A stretch of 41,000 nt of DNA from Marsupella aquatica (lineage: Eukaryota > Plantae > Marchantiophyta). The notes under the pieces are model-generated. The model was not told the origin of the DNA, searched no databases, and was given only the letters and a program-made list of their open reading frames with translations. The position numbers were made by a program, and so were the translations under genes. Below, one piece after another: positions 1 through 12,600 of the stretch; the first letter of the stretch is position 1, and each line of letters starts with the position of its first letter. The stretch covers positions 32,086,008 to 32,127,007 of the forward strand of contig OZ316891.1 in assembly GCA_973895155.1 (NCBI GenBank). The letters run 5' to 3'.

Positions 1-1235
1 TGCTTCTCTCTCTGTGGTGGAGTAGTTCCGTTCGGCATCGGCAAGCTGACGGCTTGCGAAGTATATGGGATGGTCCCTTCCTTTCTCATCCAACTGACTT
101 AGTACTGAGCCGATACAGAAGCCCGAGACATCTACAAAAACATGAAAATCTTTGTTCCAGTCCGGTGCTATCATGACTGGGGCCTCTACTAACATCTGCT
201 TCAATTCTACCACCGCTGTGACTCGTTCGGGTGTGGGTTCGAAGTCTGCTCCTGCCTTGAGCATGTTGGTTAATGGTAAAGCTAGCTTGGCAAAATCCTT
301 GATGAACCGGCGATAGTAACCAATGCATCCCAAGAAGGATCTTACATCCTTTATGTTCTTAGGTTGCATGATATCTAGCCATACTGCTAGCTTACCTTTG
401 TCAATCTCAATGCCCTTCCTTGATACCTTGTGACCTAGTAGCACCCCCTCGGTTACTGCAAAGAAACATTTATCTGGGTGTAACTTGAGACCCACCTCTC
501 TACATCTCATGAAGGTTTTCCTGAGGTATTTAGCATGTTTCGATGCCTTCCCGAATACTGCAAAGTCATCAATGAAGATTTCCATGAACTTTCTCAAGTA
601 ATCATGAAAAATGTTCACCATTAATCGTTGAAACATAGCTGGTGCGTTGCAGAGTCCAAACGGCATACGATTGAAGACATAGATCCCCCATTCCGTGATG
701 AAGGCCGTCTTGATTTGGTCTTCCTGCCGAATCCTGATTTGGTTATAACCAGAGTACCCATCCATGAATGAATATAGTTCATGACTGGCTACCATGTCTA
801 GTACCATATCAGTAAATGGTAAAAGAAAATGGTCTTTTAATGTTGCTTCATTCAGCTTCCTGTAATCCTGACAAACCCGGATCTTGGGTTTACCATCGGG
901 TCCAGCTTTCTTGGGAACTATCACAATTGGAGACACCCAGTCTGAATGCAGGACTGGAGTGATGAATCCAGCTTCCACTAGTTTGTCGATTTCTGTTTTG
1001 ACCAGCAGGGAATACTTCGGGTTCATCCTTCGAATTGGTTGTCGAAATGATTTGGCTCCTAACATGAGATCAATTCGATGTTCCCCTAGTGTTGGATCTA
1101 CTCCCTTTAGATCTTGGTGACTCCATGCAAACACATCCTGAAATTCAATCAATAAGTCACTGATCTCTTTCTCGAGCTCAGGTGCTAGGTTTCTCCCTAA
1201 GTTCAGTTCTCTTCCCTCTCCTAAGTCGAGCTTCC
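1..1235 (-). pseudogene. pol: pol fragment: reverse transcriptase and start of RNase H
   Basis: Minus-strand translation gives VFAWSHQDLKG...WVSPIVIVPKK...RVCQDYRKLN...MDGYSGYNQI...RMPFGLCNAP...IFIDDF. No gag or protease lies upstream because of the deletion at ~1235. Confidence 0.93.
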
Positions 1236-2518
1236 CCACACATCTCACCATACATCTCACACATCTCACCATACTCCATGGCTCTATTCTTAGCGTAGGT
1301 GGAGTAAGTAGAAGTGATCGGCATCGCCCATCGCGGCCTCTGCTCCCAAGCCGTCCTGCGGATCTCTTCAATCGTGGCTAGAGGTTTGCTTCCTTTTTTG
1401 GCTAGCCGCCTGATGTCCTCCGGCCAATCTCCTCCTGGTAAATCCTTTTCCTTAGCCAGGGCTGCCTCCTCCTCCTGCTTGATTCGCTCCTGAAATTCCT
1501 GCACCGTCTGTTTTATGCCGTCGAAACTCGGGGGAGCAACATCTGGTGGGGGAGACTCAGGGCTACTCTGCTGGTTGGGGTCCCCTCGCACTACCCTTGG
1601 AAGTGTGGGGACAAACCGGCCACAGGTCCTTACTCCTGGAACGTGATGGTCCGACCCATAGCCGGAATTATCATGGCTGCAGTCCTCCACTGCCTCCTCT
1701 ACCTCTTGGACGTCCGGCTTCTCCCTCTCCTCTTCGTCGGTAGGAGCTTCAGGCAATTCTGCCTCAGATTCGGAGCTTGAGGTTCCCACGTACATTCGAA
1801 CACCTGGCTTGGATTCCGGTCTGATTCTCTCCTTGTCTCCAGCAAAGGGGTTTTCTCTTGTGAGCCGGTGTAGGCCTACCTCTGTAGTAGTGTCCTGCAT
1901 TGTTGCCGTTGCCGTTGTTGTTGCCGATGCCGATTTCTTTTCTTTCTCCAGTAGTTTCAGCAGACTCTGCATGCCTGGTTGCTGCATCGGCAAGTCCTCC
2001 TTCCTGGGCCTAAACACCTACTCGATCGTAGGGCTAACAGGTGGTTGAGGCTTCTCAGCCAACGGCCTCGGCGTTGGAGCTTCCTCGAGTGCCCTTACCT
2101 GCAGGGGAAGTACCGGGGCAAAAGTCTGACCTCTGGCATACCGGCACAATAGCGGCATGTGATAGCCAAGCCGCGACATGCTCCCCATGCCGATTACCTG
2201 CTGCTCCTCCTTTAAGATCTTCTTCAATTGGTTGAGGAGGTACCCGTTGTAGTCCCGGCTTGGGTCTGGCCTTTCTGCCAGATAGACCTGTGCCTTGCCG
2301 ATCTCTGCCCTCGGCAAGTTACAATGCATGGTCACCCGCAAGAAGTCGATCATCTCTCCTATGTGCGGGTTGGTGCAGGTGTTCCGGAAGAAGCCATTCT
2401 TCGTTGATGGCCCGGGGAACGACCGGAACTCCTTGTCAGGCAAGGTCTTCCTGGTATCAACTTTGGTCTTATTGCCTATCGACAAGCCAAACACTTTGGC
2501 AATTACCTTGGGAGTAAG
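1232..2518 (-). pseudogene. Fragment of the family-B LTR-embedded accessory ORF (within the 5' LTR of B')
   Basis: ORF-track pieces 1178-2017 and 2018-2536 are near-identical to the 30981-34604 protein. There is an in-frame TAG at 2018-2020 where element B has CAG. Confidence 0.88.
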
Positions 2519-3629
2519 TGTCACTTGCCTCTCCAACGGTTAATACGTGCAAACCGCACTTTTCTTCGCTTAAACCGTTGGTATCGTATTACGGGGTCGT
2601 GGAGGGACGCTATTTGGATTCTTTTCACACCAGGATGAGTATTTTGGTTTCCGCTCCCGGAAATGTAGGTTTTGATCAAGTCTACCGACTACCCTCACCC
2701 CACAGCTTTTGATCAAGTCCTGCCGACTACCCCACTACACCTTCACTCGGAGTCACCCAAAGAGTGCTGTCACCACCCCTACTCACAAGGCCGACTCAAA
2801 CCAAGCAAGTTTCTTCAAATCATAGAACGGGAGAACACAATTCGGAAAGCGAAAAAGGGAGAAGGAACACACAACAAAAGCCCATCAAGTCAAATGTACA
2901 GATCCATATCTCTTGGGAAAAACGATACACATTGCATGAGTAACCCGGCCTCCTGCCGTCTACTCAACTCCTGCCTCTCCGGACAATGAGTATGGCTCCC
3001 CCTCACTACTCTGAACACGCTTTCAAACTCCTCAGGCTCCACTCTATCCCTCCTTGCTAACTTCACACTGAGTCCCCCTAACTACTTCGGGGCTATCCCC
3101 CTAAATACTGAAAAATCACACCAAAGCACCCCTCACAGGGTCACAACGGTGGCGGCTACCCTAGCGGCGCCGCTAAAACCTTGCACTAAGAGAAATCCTT
3201 AAACTGAAGAGGAGCATGCGGCACACACATGCTGCTAAAACCCTAAACCCAAAACAAGGGGGCCGACGGTGCCTTCGACGGCGCCCCAACAGTACACGTG
3301 AACCCTGAAAGTGAGAGGCACCCCAAAATGGCCGAAACTAGGTGCCCTTCCAAGTGCACACCTGAGCTCACCCCTGGATAGCTCTTCTTTTCCTGCTTCC
3401 GAATCACTAAGTCGCTCCCTCAACGGACTTCAGACGCCTGAGTTATGGCCGTTTCCGTACCGCAAAAACATAAGTTCTCCAGGCCATAACTTGCTCATCC
3501 TGGCTCCGTTTGAGGAGCGCCGCCTCTTGTTGGAATCAGCTCCGCGAGCTCATCCCAACAAGCCCATGAGTGACCCCCCACTAAAATGTTGGAAATCTGG
3601 AGGCCGTACACCCACGTCCGTACGCCTAT

Positions 3630-5486
3630 CTAATCCTCCTCTTCTTCTTCGCTCTCGGTGCCCGGACTTGTGCCCCGTGAGTGGTCCTCCTCCTCATCAC
3701 TCACGGGAGTGAGTGCCACCGTACTTTTCTTCTTCTTCGACGGAGTACTCTTAGTGCTGCTGCTCCCGCGCTTCCTCAAAGCAGCCAAGGCCTGCCACGC
3801 CTTGATGTACCCCTCACCAATTGTGTCCTTCCAGAGGGTAGCCTCTTCTCCGGACCGCAACTCCAACGGTAGAACTTGCCCCGTGGCCATGGGAGTCCCG
3901 GGGGTGACAGACCTGGGTGGCATCCCCGTACTGACCTGAGCCTCCCGTAACGATTTCCGTACCTCCCGGAGCTTCTTCTCCAAGCTCTTACTCTTCTCCT
4001 GACTCTTCTTGGCTCCATCCAACAAGGGTCCATACTTCCCACTAACCTCCTTCACCACCATCTCGATAGCTTGGGAGATCACATCCGGGGAAAGTGTGGA
4101 GCCAGGTGTGCCGGGACTCTTCCGTTTCCCTAGACTCAGGGCCTCACTTCTCTTCGCTCGTGTCTCAAAGGCTGCCACCTGACTCCGTAGTGCTCCCACC
4201 TGGTTCCTCCACTCCATCACTTCTCCAGAATTTTGCTTCTCTTTGGCCAATGCTTGCCTCAACGCTCCTACTTCTTCTGCTTCCTTGGCCTTGGTGGACA
4301 AAGCTCCCTTCAAGTTGGTGATCTCTACGTGAGCTGCATTGATGTGCCTGACCTTCTCATGAATGGTCTGCTCCTTGGTCTTGATCACCTCCTTCAGTGA
4401 CAGGATGCTCTGCTCTAACGTCTCTACTTTGACTGTGGCGTGCTTGAGAGACTCCCTCAATGCGTGGACTAGCTTGAGTCCCTCGTGGACTCCCTCTCTG
4501 AAATCCCGTAGCTCTGCCAAGTAAACATCCGGAATGTTGTATTCCAGAGGCTGTTTCGGATCTCCCACGAGTGATTCAAGCCACTCCAATGTGCAATCAT
4601 CCTCCTGGTTCTCTTCTTCTCTATTATCCTCCCCACCAGCAGACAATGATTCCTCCGTGAGCTTCCCTAAAACAGTAGTGGCAATACTCCGGATCTCCGT
4701 GGTGAGAGATGATCCCGTGTCTTCATGCCCCGGAGAACCAATCAACCCTTCTGCCCTGGCCAATACAAATGACCCCATCAAATGTACAGCCCCACCTGGT
4801 TTCACACTCCCGGGCTCAGCGGCCAATAGCTTCTTCAATCCGTAGCACCACCATCCGTACACATGGGCTGGGTAGTTCTTGATGTCCATAGCTACCACGA
4901 AATGCTCCTCATTCAGCACTCCGGATTGCACGTTGCCAAGAACCCGTTGATGCACCTTGGCCAGGAAGCCCTTATACTCAACATCCTTGACAGCAGAAAG
5001 AGGGATGGCGGTGGTGGAGGTAGGATTGGTCACCCAAGTGGCCACCATTTTCAACGTGAGTTCTCCCCTGATATTCCGAGGTGTGAATGAGAATTTCTGA
5101 TTCTCAAGAAACAATAGCTTAGCCAACTCCACATGGGGCACTACACGTTTGAGACATTCAAAGTAGATTCCCTCCGTTCGGAACTCCATCCCGGCCTCAA
5201 TGTCCCAGCTCTTCCCTGAAGGGATGGTAATCTCCACCTTCATGAATTCTGTAAGCCCGGTGGCTTGGAAAATGTTCCGACAATCCTCCATCACCTTGGT
5301 GGAGGTCTTGGGATAAATTCGACGAAAAATCTTCCTACCCACCGGTGAGGAACCCGCTGCCAATCCCGTGCTCATCATAACTTCTCTCTCTTCCCTTTCC
5401 CGTGTAATCCGAGTCTCCACGTAGTCACGGTAAGCAGCCTTGTATCTCCGAATGCGTGACGCACTAAACTCTGGTTGATCTAGCAT
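3630..5486 (-). CDS. 618-aa accessory protein encoded inside LTR A (globular N-part, coiled coil, basic/acidic tail)
   Basis: Long intact ATG ORF, same strand as gag-pol, same translation in both LTRs. Heptad-rich segment at about aa 335-450, with GKRK and SKKKKS basic clusters. Confidence 0.85.
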   Translation of the reverse strand: MLDQPEFSASRIRRYKAAYRDYVETRITREREEREVMMSTGLAAGSSPVGRKIFRRIYPKTSTKVMEDCRNIFQATGLTEFMKVEITIPSGKSWDIEAGMEFRTEGIYFECLKRVVPHVELAKLLFLENQKFSFTPRNIRGELTLKMVATWVTNPTSTTAIPLSAVKDVEYKGFLAKVHQRVLGNVQSGVLNEEHFVVAMDIKNYPAHVYGWWCYGLKKLLAAEPGSVKPGGAVHLMGSFVLARAEGLIGSPGHEDTGSSLTTEIRSIATTVLGKLTEESLSAGGEDNREEENQEDDCTLEWLESLVGDPKQPLEYNIPDVYLAELRDFREGVHEGLKLVHALRESLKHATVKVETLEQSILSLKEVIKTKEQTIHEKVRHINAAHVEITNLKGALSTKAKEAEEVGALRQALAKEKQNSGEVMEWRNQVGALRSQVAAFETRAKRSEALSLGKRKSPGTPGSTLSPDVISQAIEMVVKEVSGKYGPLLDGAKKSQEKSKSLEKKLREVRKSLREAQVSTGMPPRSVTPGTPMATGQVLPLELRSGEEATLWKDTIGEGYIKAWQALAALRKRGSSSTKSTPSKKKKSTVALTPVSDEEEDHSRGTSPGTESEEEEED

Positions 5487-5923
5487 CCATGCATCCCGAA
5501 ATCAATTTCTCAATCACCAATCCCGTCACCCGTGGCAATGTCAATTCCCTGGCCCGAAACAGCCCCCGTAGCCCGATCACTTAAATTCTCTCAATTTCCC
5601 GTCACTACTCCGTGCGGCCGCCACTAATGCCTGGAAGAATGACGCCAGCAAGCCCCACTAATCCACCATGAAAGAGAGAGCTTCAAAAATAATTAGAATC
5701 TGGAGAGAGCTTCCGGCAAGAGAGAGAAGAACCCCGTTTTTGCTTTCGGCAATGAGAGGGTCGTGCAAAAGGAAGAGGGAAAGAAAAAGGAAGGAAAAAA
5801 AAAAAAAAATAGAACCGAAAAAACTCCTGGCGCCTTCGCCATGCGCCCCGGCCCATTTCTCGGGCCTTACCCTTGCGTCCTCCTGCGCGCGGCCCTATGC
5901 AGGGCGCGCGGCCATTCCTCCCG

Positions 5924-6287
5924 GCTCGCGGGAGGCCCTTCAACTCCCCCCCGCTCGCGTGATCCTCCCAGCTCACGGGAGGCCCTTTAACTCCCCCCCG
6001 CTCGCGTGATCCTCCCAGCTCGCGGGAGGCCCTTTAACTCCCCCCCGCTCGCGTGATCCTCCCAGCTCGCGGGAGGCCCTTTAACTCCCCCCCGCTCGCG
6101 TGATCCTCCCAGCTCGCGGGAGGCCCTTTAACTCCCCCCCCCCCGCTCGCTTGCGCTCCTTCAGCTCGCGGAGCCTCATTAATTGCCCGGGCACGCAGCC
6201 CTATGGGCTCGCGAGGCAGCCCCTTCAGCTCGCGGAGCCCCATTAATCGCCCGGGCACGCAGCCCTATGGGCTCGCGAGGCAGCCCC
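5924..6287. repeat. GC-rich tandem arrays in LTR A: ~4.7 x 47 bp then 2 x 64 bp
   Basis: Unit GCTCGCGGGAGGCCCTTTAACTCCCCCCCGCTCGCGTGATCCTCCCA starts at 5924, 5971, 6018, 6065 and 6112. A second unit recurs at 6160 and 6224. Confidence 0.95.
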
Positions 6288-6614
6288 TCTTTCTCTCGGA
6301 CGGCCACTAATGGGACTCGCCCTCCTGAGGAGGGATTTATTTAAAAAAAAACCCCCCCCTCTCCTGACTTTGCAATGGGGGTCTCAACAATAGCTCTTGA
6401 AGCAAAACGGTAAGTCCTATGGGGCTGGTCCTGGCTAGTTTCAAGGTCCCAAAATATTTGCCCACTTAGGTCGCCGCAAATCTTAGAACTATTATGAGAG
6501 AAAGAATATAAAGTCACCTGGGGCATCATCAACCTATAATGACGGAATTAACTAAAAATTAAAAAATGGCTTATTTACATTGACTATTAACAAGGTATCG
6601 GCCTTTGCAACCAG

Positions 6615-9600
6615 TTATGTGTGACTTCCCGTGACGGGGTACCCGTCACATAGCTCCTCTCTTAATTGCGAAGCGCCCCCGCGAGCACCATACTCTTCCT
6701 CCGTGTAGTACTTCTTTAGGCGCTCTTGATTGATCCGTGTGTTGAGTAGTTGCCCCTCCAATGTCTTGAGTTGAACCGAGCCGTTGGAGTAGACGGCATC
6801 CACTACGTAGGGTCCCATCCACCGTGTATGCAACTTCCCGGGGAAATGCATGAAGCGGCTATCGTAGAGGAGCACCAAATCTCCCTCCTCAATGGACACA
6901 CGACGGAGACGGGAATCGTAATGTGACTTGCGTTTGCCTTGCTCCTGCTCCGTATGTGTCAAAGCCTCTTCTCGTGTCTCCGTGAGTTGCTCCAACTGTT
7001 GGATCCGTGAAGCGACACTTTCTTCTGCCCCTTCCCTTTCCCGTGTTAGGATTCGAATGGTTGGAACCTCAAATTCCACCGGCACAAGAGAGTGTTGTCC
7101 AAACACAAGGAAATAGGGGCTGTGGCCCGTGGTAGTCTTGTGAGCCAGGTTGTAAGCGTAAGTGGCAGCCAACAACTTCAAATCCCAATCGGTCTTGTGA
7201 GCGGATACCGTTTTGTTGAGGATCTTGCCCATGATCCCGTTGGCTCTCTCAGTGAGCCCGTTGGCTCGAGGGTGGTACGGAGTGGTCTTCCTATGTGAGA
7301 TCAAGTAGTTCTCCGTCAAACGTTCAATCGTATGATTGAGGAAGTGAGTACCCCTGTCACTTACCAACTCCAATGGTGGACCAAATCGTGTAAAAATCTG
7401 CTCATACAAAAAACGTGCCGTGGTGTTGGCATCATCCTTGGCAGTAGCTCGGGCCTCCACCCACTTGGTGGCATAGTCCGTTGCAAGAATGATGTAGCGC
7501 TTCCTCCCTCTTCGTGTGATGGGAGTGAAAGGGCCAATGAAGTCCACCCCCCACTTCTCAAAGGGTGCAAGAGGAAGTATGGGCACCAATGGGTGTCGTG
7601 AGGAGGGCCCTGGTTTGCCTTGACGCTGGCACGGATCACATCGCTGGATGTACCGGTGTACATCCCGAAAGAGAGTTGGCCACCAATATCCAGCATCTAG
7701 TATTTTCCTTGCGGTGGTCTCCCGTGCAAAGTGGCCACCAGCTTCCTCCTCATGTAATGCTGCCATGACTGTACGTATCTCCGCTTCCTCCAAACAACGA
7801 CGAAGTCGGCCATCCATGCCGTACTTGTGAAGTACTCCCTTCACAAGCAAGTAGGGACCTGTCTTACGCAAAAACACTGCTGCTCTCTCCGGGCCCAAAC
7901 GTGAGGGAACTCTAGCCGTGCGGAGAAATTCCAAAATTTCTCCATACCAAGTAGTGGCCTCTGTATTCACGCTGAACACTTCCTCATCCGGGAACCGATC
8001 ATCAATCTCCTGGGAGTCAGATGCTCCCTCAATACGGGAGAAGAAGTCTGCATTGCTATGACTCTTCCCCGATCTTACTCTCACCTCATAGTTGAACTCT
8101 TGTAGCAACAAAACCCAACGTGCAATTCTCCCGGACAGATCTGGCTTGTTGACCATGTATTTCAAGCTGTTGTGATCCGTGTGGAACACAACCTTGTACC
8201 CCAACAAATAATGACGATACTTCTTACAAGCGTAGATGATACCAAGTGCCTCCCTATCGGTGGGTGAGTAGTTTTTCTCTGCCGGGGCCAACTGCCTACT
8301 GGCAAAGTAGATGGGATGGTCTCTTCCATCATCATCTAACTGACTCAAAACGGCACCGATGCAAAATCCTGATACGTCTACGTAAACATGGAATTCCTTA
8401 TTCCAATTGGGCGTAATGAGCACGGGGGCCTCTAGCAATCGTTTCTTCAATTCATCAAAAGCAGCCTGACGGGAAGGAGTAGGTTCAAACTCACTTCCTT
8501 TTTTCAACATGGAAGTGAGTGGCATGGCTACCTTGGCAAAGTCTTTGATGAAGCGTCGGTAGTAGCCAACACACCCCAAGAACCCTCTCACTTCCTTCAC
8601 ATTCTTGGGAAATGAGACTGCTACCCACACGGCGACCTTCTCACGATCAACTTCAATCCCTCGTGCAGACACTTTGTGGCCCAATAGGATTCCCTCCTCA
8701 ATTCCAAAGAAACATTTCTCCGGATGCAGCTTCAGGCAAGTCTCCCGGCACCGCTGAAAAGTCAACCGTAAGTGTTCCGGATGCTTGACTCGTTTGCCGT
8801 AGACAGCAAAGTCATCAATAAAGATCTCCAAGAACCTGCGTAAAAAGTCATGAAATATATTCATCATGAGCCGTTGGAACATGCCAGGGGCATTGCACAA
8901 CCCAAAAGGCATTCTCCGGAATGCAAAAATCCCCCACTCTGTTGTGAAAGCCGTCTTGAGTTGGTCCTCCTCCCGTATCCAGATTTGGTTGTACCCAGAG
9001 TAGCCATCCAAGAAGCTGTATATCTCCCAACCTGCTACCATGTCCAACACGATATCCGTGAACGGTAGCGGGTAGTGATCCTTCTTGGTCGCATCATTCA
9101 ACTTTCGAAAATCTTGGCACACCCGTATTTTCACCTTCCCGTCTGGCCCCTTTTTCTTGGGCACGATTACGATGGGTGACACCCACTCACTATGCATGAC
9201 CGGATAAATGAATCCTGCATCCAACAAACGGTCAATCTCCTCCTTCACCATGAGTGAGTATTTGGGGTTGAGGCGGTATTGGCGTTGCCTCACAGGTCGT
9301 GCTCCTGACATCAGGTCAATGCTGTGCTCACCAAACTCAGGTGGCACTCCTTTCAAATCTTGGTGGCTCCACGCAAATACGTCTTGGTACTCTTTCAACA
9401 ATTCCTGAATCGTGCGTTGCTCCGTAGCATCCAACTTACTACCAATGTTGAGTGTCTTGCCCTCACCCACTTCCACCTTTGTGTACTGCTCCGGCCTGAT
9501 CACGTCCAACTTGTTGCGTGTCTCCTCATCAAAGGTTTCTTCCAACCGTGCGAGCCTCATCCCTCCATACACCGGTGCATCACTCTCCTCCTGGTCTGGT

Positions 9601-12600
9601 CGGGATGGAGGTGGATCCTTTGTCACATGGGCCATTATTTCTTCAACGTCAGATTCTTTGTAATGTGACAATAGCTCCTCTCTAAAGTCATCATCCAGGA
9701 TGTCATTCAAAAACTGCTCTCTTTGCTCATCATCAAACATGATCGTGTGGGCTTGCATTTCCACCTCCTCGGGGTGATCCTCTGCCTCCCTATCATGAAT
9801 CTCTAGAGGTTCAGCCTCCACAATTTTGCTTCGCTCGTCTTCCATCTCTTCTAGAACAGCGTGCACTTGGCTAACTGATTCCTCTACTGCATGCTCTTGA
9901 GTAGCAACTCCGGGGCCAAAAACATCTTCCTCCGTGAGGTGAGAAATCAGTTTCACCATGTATACTTCATCCTCGTCTTCATCTGAGGTGACCTCTGAAT
10001 CATATTCCTCCTCCATAGTCGTAGTCTCCCCGTGAGGTGACTCCGCTGACCATGGAATAGTGATAGTGGGGATACCAAACCGAAACTGCCGTTTGCCCCA
10101 ATCACTTGTGACCTTGGCCACATACAACCATGGCCTGCCAATTAAAATGGGAAAACCGTACGGCCGAACGGGTCGCATCACCAAATAGTTGAGGGGGAAA
10201 GATTTTCCCCCAATCATTGTTGGAATCTTGGTGAGACACCCCAACGGCACCACCCGTGCACCATCAGCCAACCTCATGGCACGTGCCGGTGGTTCTAACT
10301 CTGTATACCCCAACCGGTTTGCCGTCTCCTCAGTCATGATGTTGACTCCCGAGCCCCCGTCCACCGGTACAAACCGTATTGCACATCCATTGATGTCCAC
10401 CGTGAGTTCTGGGGCACCCAAATCCTCCGTGACCCAGTTGACTTGTATGGGGTCAGCCCCAACTTTGGGTAACCTTCTTCTACGTCTCCTCCTCATGAGA
10501 ATCTCCTTGACTTGGCGACGGTATAGGGAGCTATCCCGTAATAGTTGACCAATTGTGGCACTGACTGGGCAATCCAGAATGTCTTGAGCAATGTTGTACG
10601 CGGTTGCAGGAGGTATGGGTGGGATGACCTCTTCTCCCGGTTTCCAACGAACAACCCTCTCCTCCGCTTTCTTTCTGGCCTTTGCCTCCTCCATGTCTTT
10701 GTCAATGGCCGCTTGCATGGCTTGTGCTTCTAGCTCCTCCAACTGCTTACGTACCTCTTCTCCCACCTTCGGATAGAACAACTTGGGGTTGTCCCGATCA
10801 AAGTCACTATCCTCCATGGGTGGCACCTCCGGTTCGTGTGAGGTACCCGATGTGGAAGCTTGATGCACCTCCTTGTACTTCTGCTTGAGCTCGGACTTGC
10901 CCTTCTTTTTGCCGGATCGAGTGGAGACTCGGTAACAAGAGTAATGCCTTCTCTCCTCGTCGCTGTCTTCCTCCGGTAGATTCTCAGCATGAGTCCACTC
11001 ATGACTTGGGGGTGAGGGGTTAGCAACTTCAACTTCCGTAGATGTTGCAACAACAACCACCGGTATCTCAACAACTGGAGATACTACAACGACTAGCGGT
11101 ACCACCTCCTCCGTTATGGTGGTCATCCTTTGCTTGGGAATGTTCACTACGGTTTCTTCTCTTCTAGTGATTAGAGGGGTGTCGACTGCTTCCGTGGTGA
11201 GAAAGTTGACGCTAGCTTCTTTCAGAGGAGGTGGCGGCCCCTTCTTCTCTTGTGCCCCAATCGGTTGAGCCTTGAACGCCTCCAAGGTTGGGCAGTGTGG
11301 TGCAAGATGACCCTCCCCCTTGCATAGTTGACACAGCCGGGCAAAATCTCCATTGCCTTGACGGGTGGGCTCTGGGCACACATTAGCGTAGTGGCCCGCC
11401 ACTCTACAATTGTAACAAATAGGGATCTTCCTCACTCCAGGGTACGGTGGTCGATTCCCTGGGTTAGCGTTGGGATAGTTGGAGTATGCGGGTGCTCCGG
11501 CGTTTGTTGAAACTCCATGAATGCTCCGTGGTCCCGGGTTGAGAGGTTGTACACTATACACGTTGGCCTCTGGTGGCTCCTCCATGAAGTACTCTATTGG
11601 CCCTTCCGCTGCATATGAAGGATTTGAGTAGCTTGCCCCCTCAACATCCTCCTCCCGTACTTGGAAAACCTTGGCTGGTTCTCCCGCTGGGCACTCCTTC
11701 GGGGCATGACCAAACTTCATGCACTTGGTGCACCACACATTGGCTCTCTCCACCGGAACTTTTCTCCTCTCAGGTTTGAGTCCGGCAAAATGTACTTTCA
11801 ACGCTTTCATTTGCTCCGTCAGCTCATCATATCTGGCCTCTTGCTCCTTCAGGCGTCTTGCCGTAGACAATGGTGTAACGGCCACCGTGGGTAGTATCAC
11901 TTCACGGTGAGAGGACTTCTTGACTTTCTTTGACAACTTCTTCTTCTTCCTCCTTCGTCTTTCAGCTTCTGACTCCGTAGTGTCTGACTCTGTAGTACTC
12001 TCAGAATCCTCAGATTCATCACTACTATCTGAATCAGATCCACTCGACTCCTCACTGGAGGAACTGTCAACCGGCTTCAGCTTCTTTCTTTGGCAACGCT
12101 TGCTTGTGGCATCAGCTGCGGTGTATGACTCCGCTGCTGCAATAGCTTCAGCCAATGTGGTTGGCTTGGCTTGACGTACAAAGAACCCCATCTTGCTTGG
12201 TAGGGCAGCCACAAACCAGGCTTGACGCATAGCATCATCGGTACGGGCTTGGATCCGACGTACCAGCTTTTGGAACCTTTGCAAAAACCTCCGTAATGAC
12301 TCCTTCTTCTTCATCCTGAGTTGGCCCACCTTTAATAGTGAGGTGGCCTCCACTCCTATGGATCTGAACTCCTTCAAGAAGGCTTGCTTGAACAGAGCCC
12401 AATCAGCTTTCACGTTGGCCAACAACGAAATGAACCATGGACCTGCCTCCCCTCTCATCATTCCAGGAATGATAGTGAGCTTATGTGCAGACTCCCCATT
12501 AGCTTCGGCAATCCCTTCAAACTCCTCAATCCATTCGTCTGGATCATCCTTTGGTCTCCCCTTGAAGGGTACGTACTGAACACGGGTACGTTGTGCAGCT

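Larger units (their letters stand above)
1..2518 (-). mobile_element. Partial, internally deleted second copy (B') of Ty3/Gypsy family B
   Basis: 1-540 and 1116-1235 match element B pol (36313-36972). 1232-2518 match element B LTR sequence (~32325-33590). It is cut at 2518 by element A and runs off the left edge. Confidence 0.92.
2519..6650 (-). repeat. 3' LTR of element A (4132 bp)
   Basis: Direct repeat of 13269-17400. Minus strand begins TGTGAC right after the PPT and ends GTGACA. Confidence 0.96.

Noticed and set aside
3236-3254. Telomeric repeat (AAACCCTAAACCC)
   Set aside because: Fewer than two units. At most a telo-box, with no support for function.
3630-5486. env gene
   Set aside because: No signal peptide or convincing transmembrane segment in the A or B accessory proteins. 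They are charged and coiled-coil rich.
5668-6258. Short ORFs over the poly-A tract and GC-rich arrays, and the many short antisense ORFs across the window
   Set aside because: They are by-products of low-complexity DNA or shadows of longer ORFs, with no recognisable motifs.
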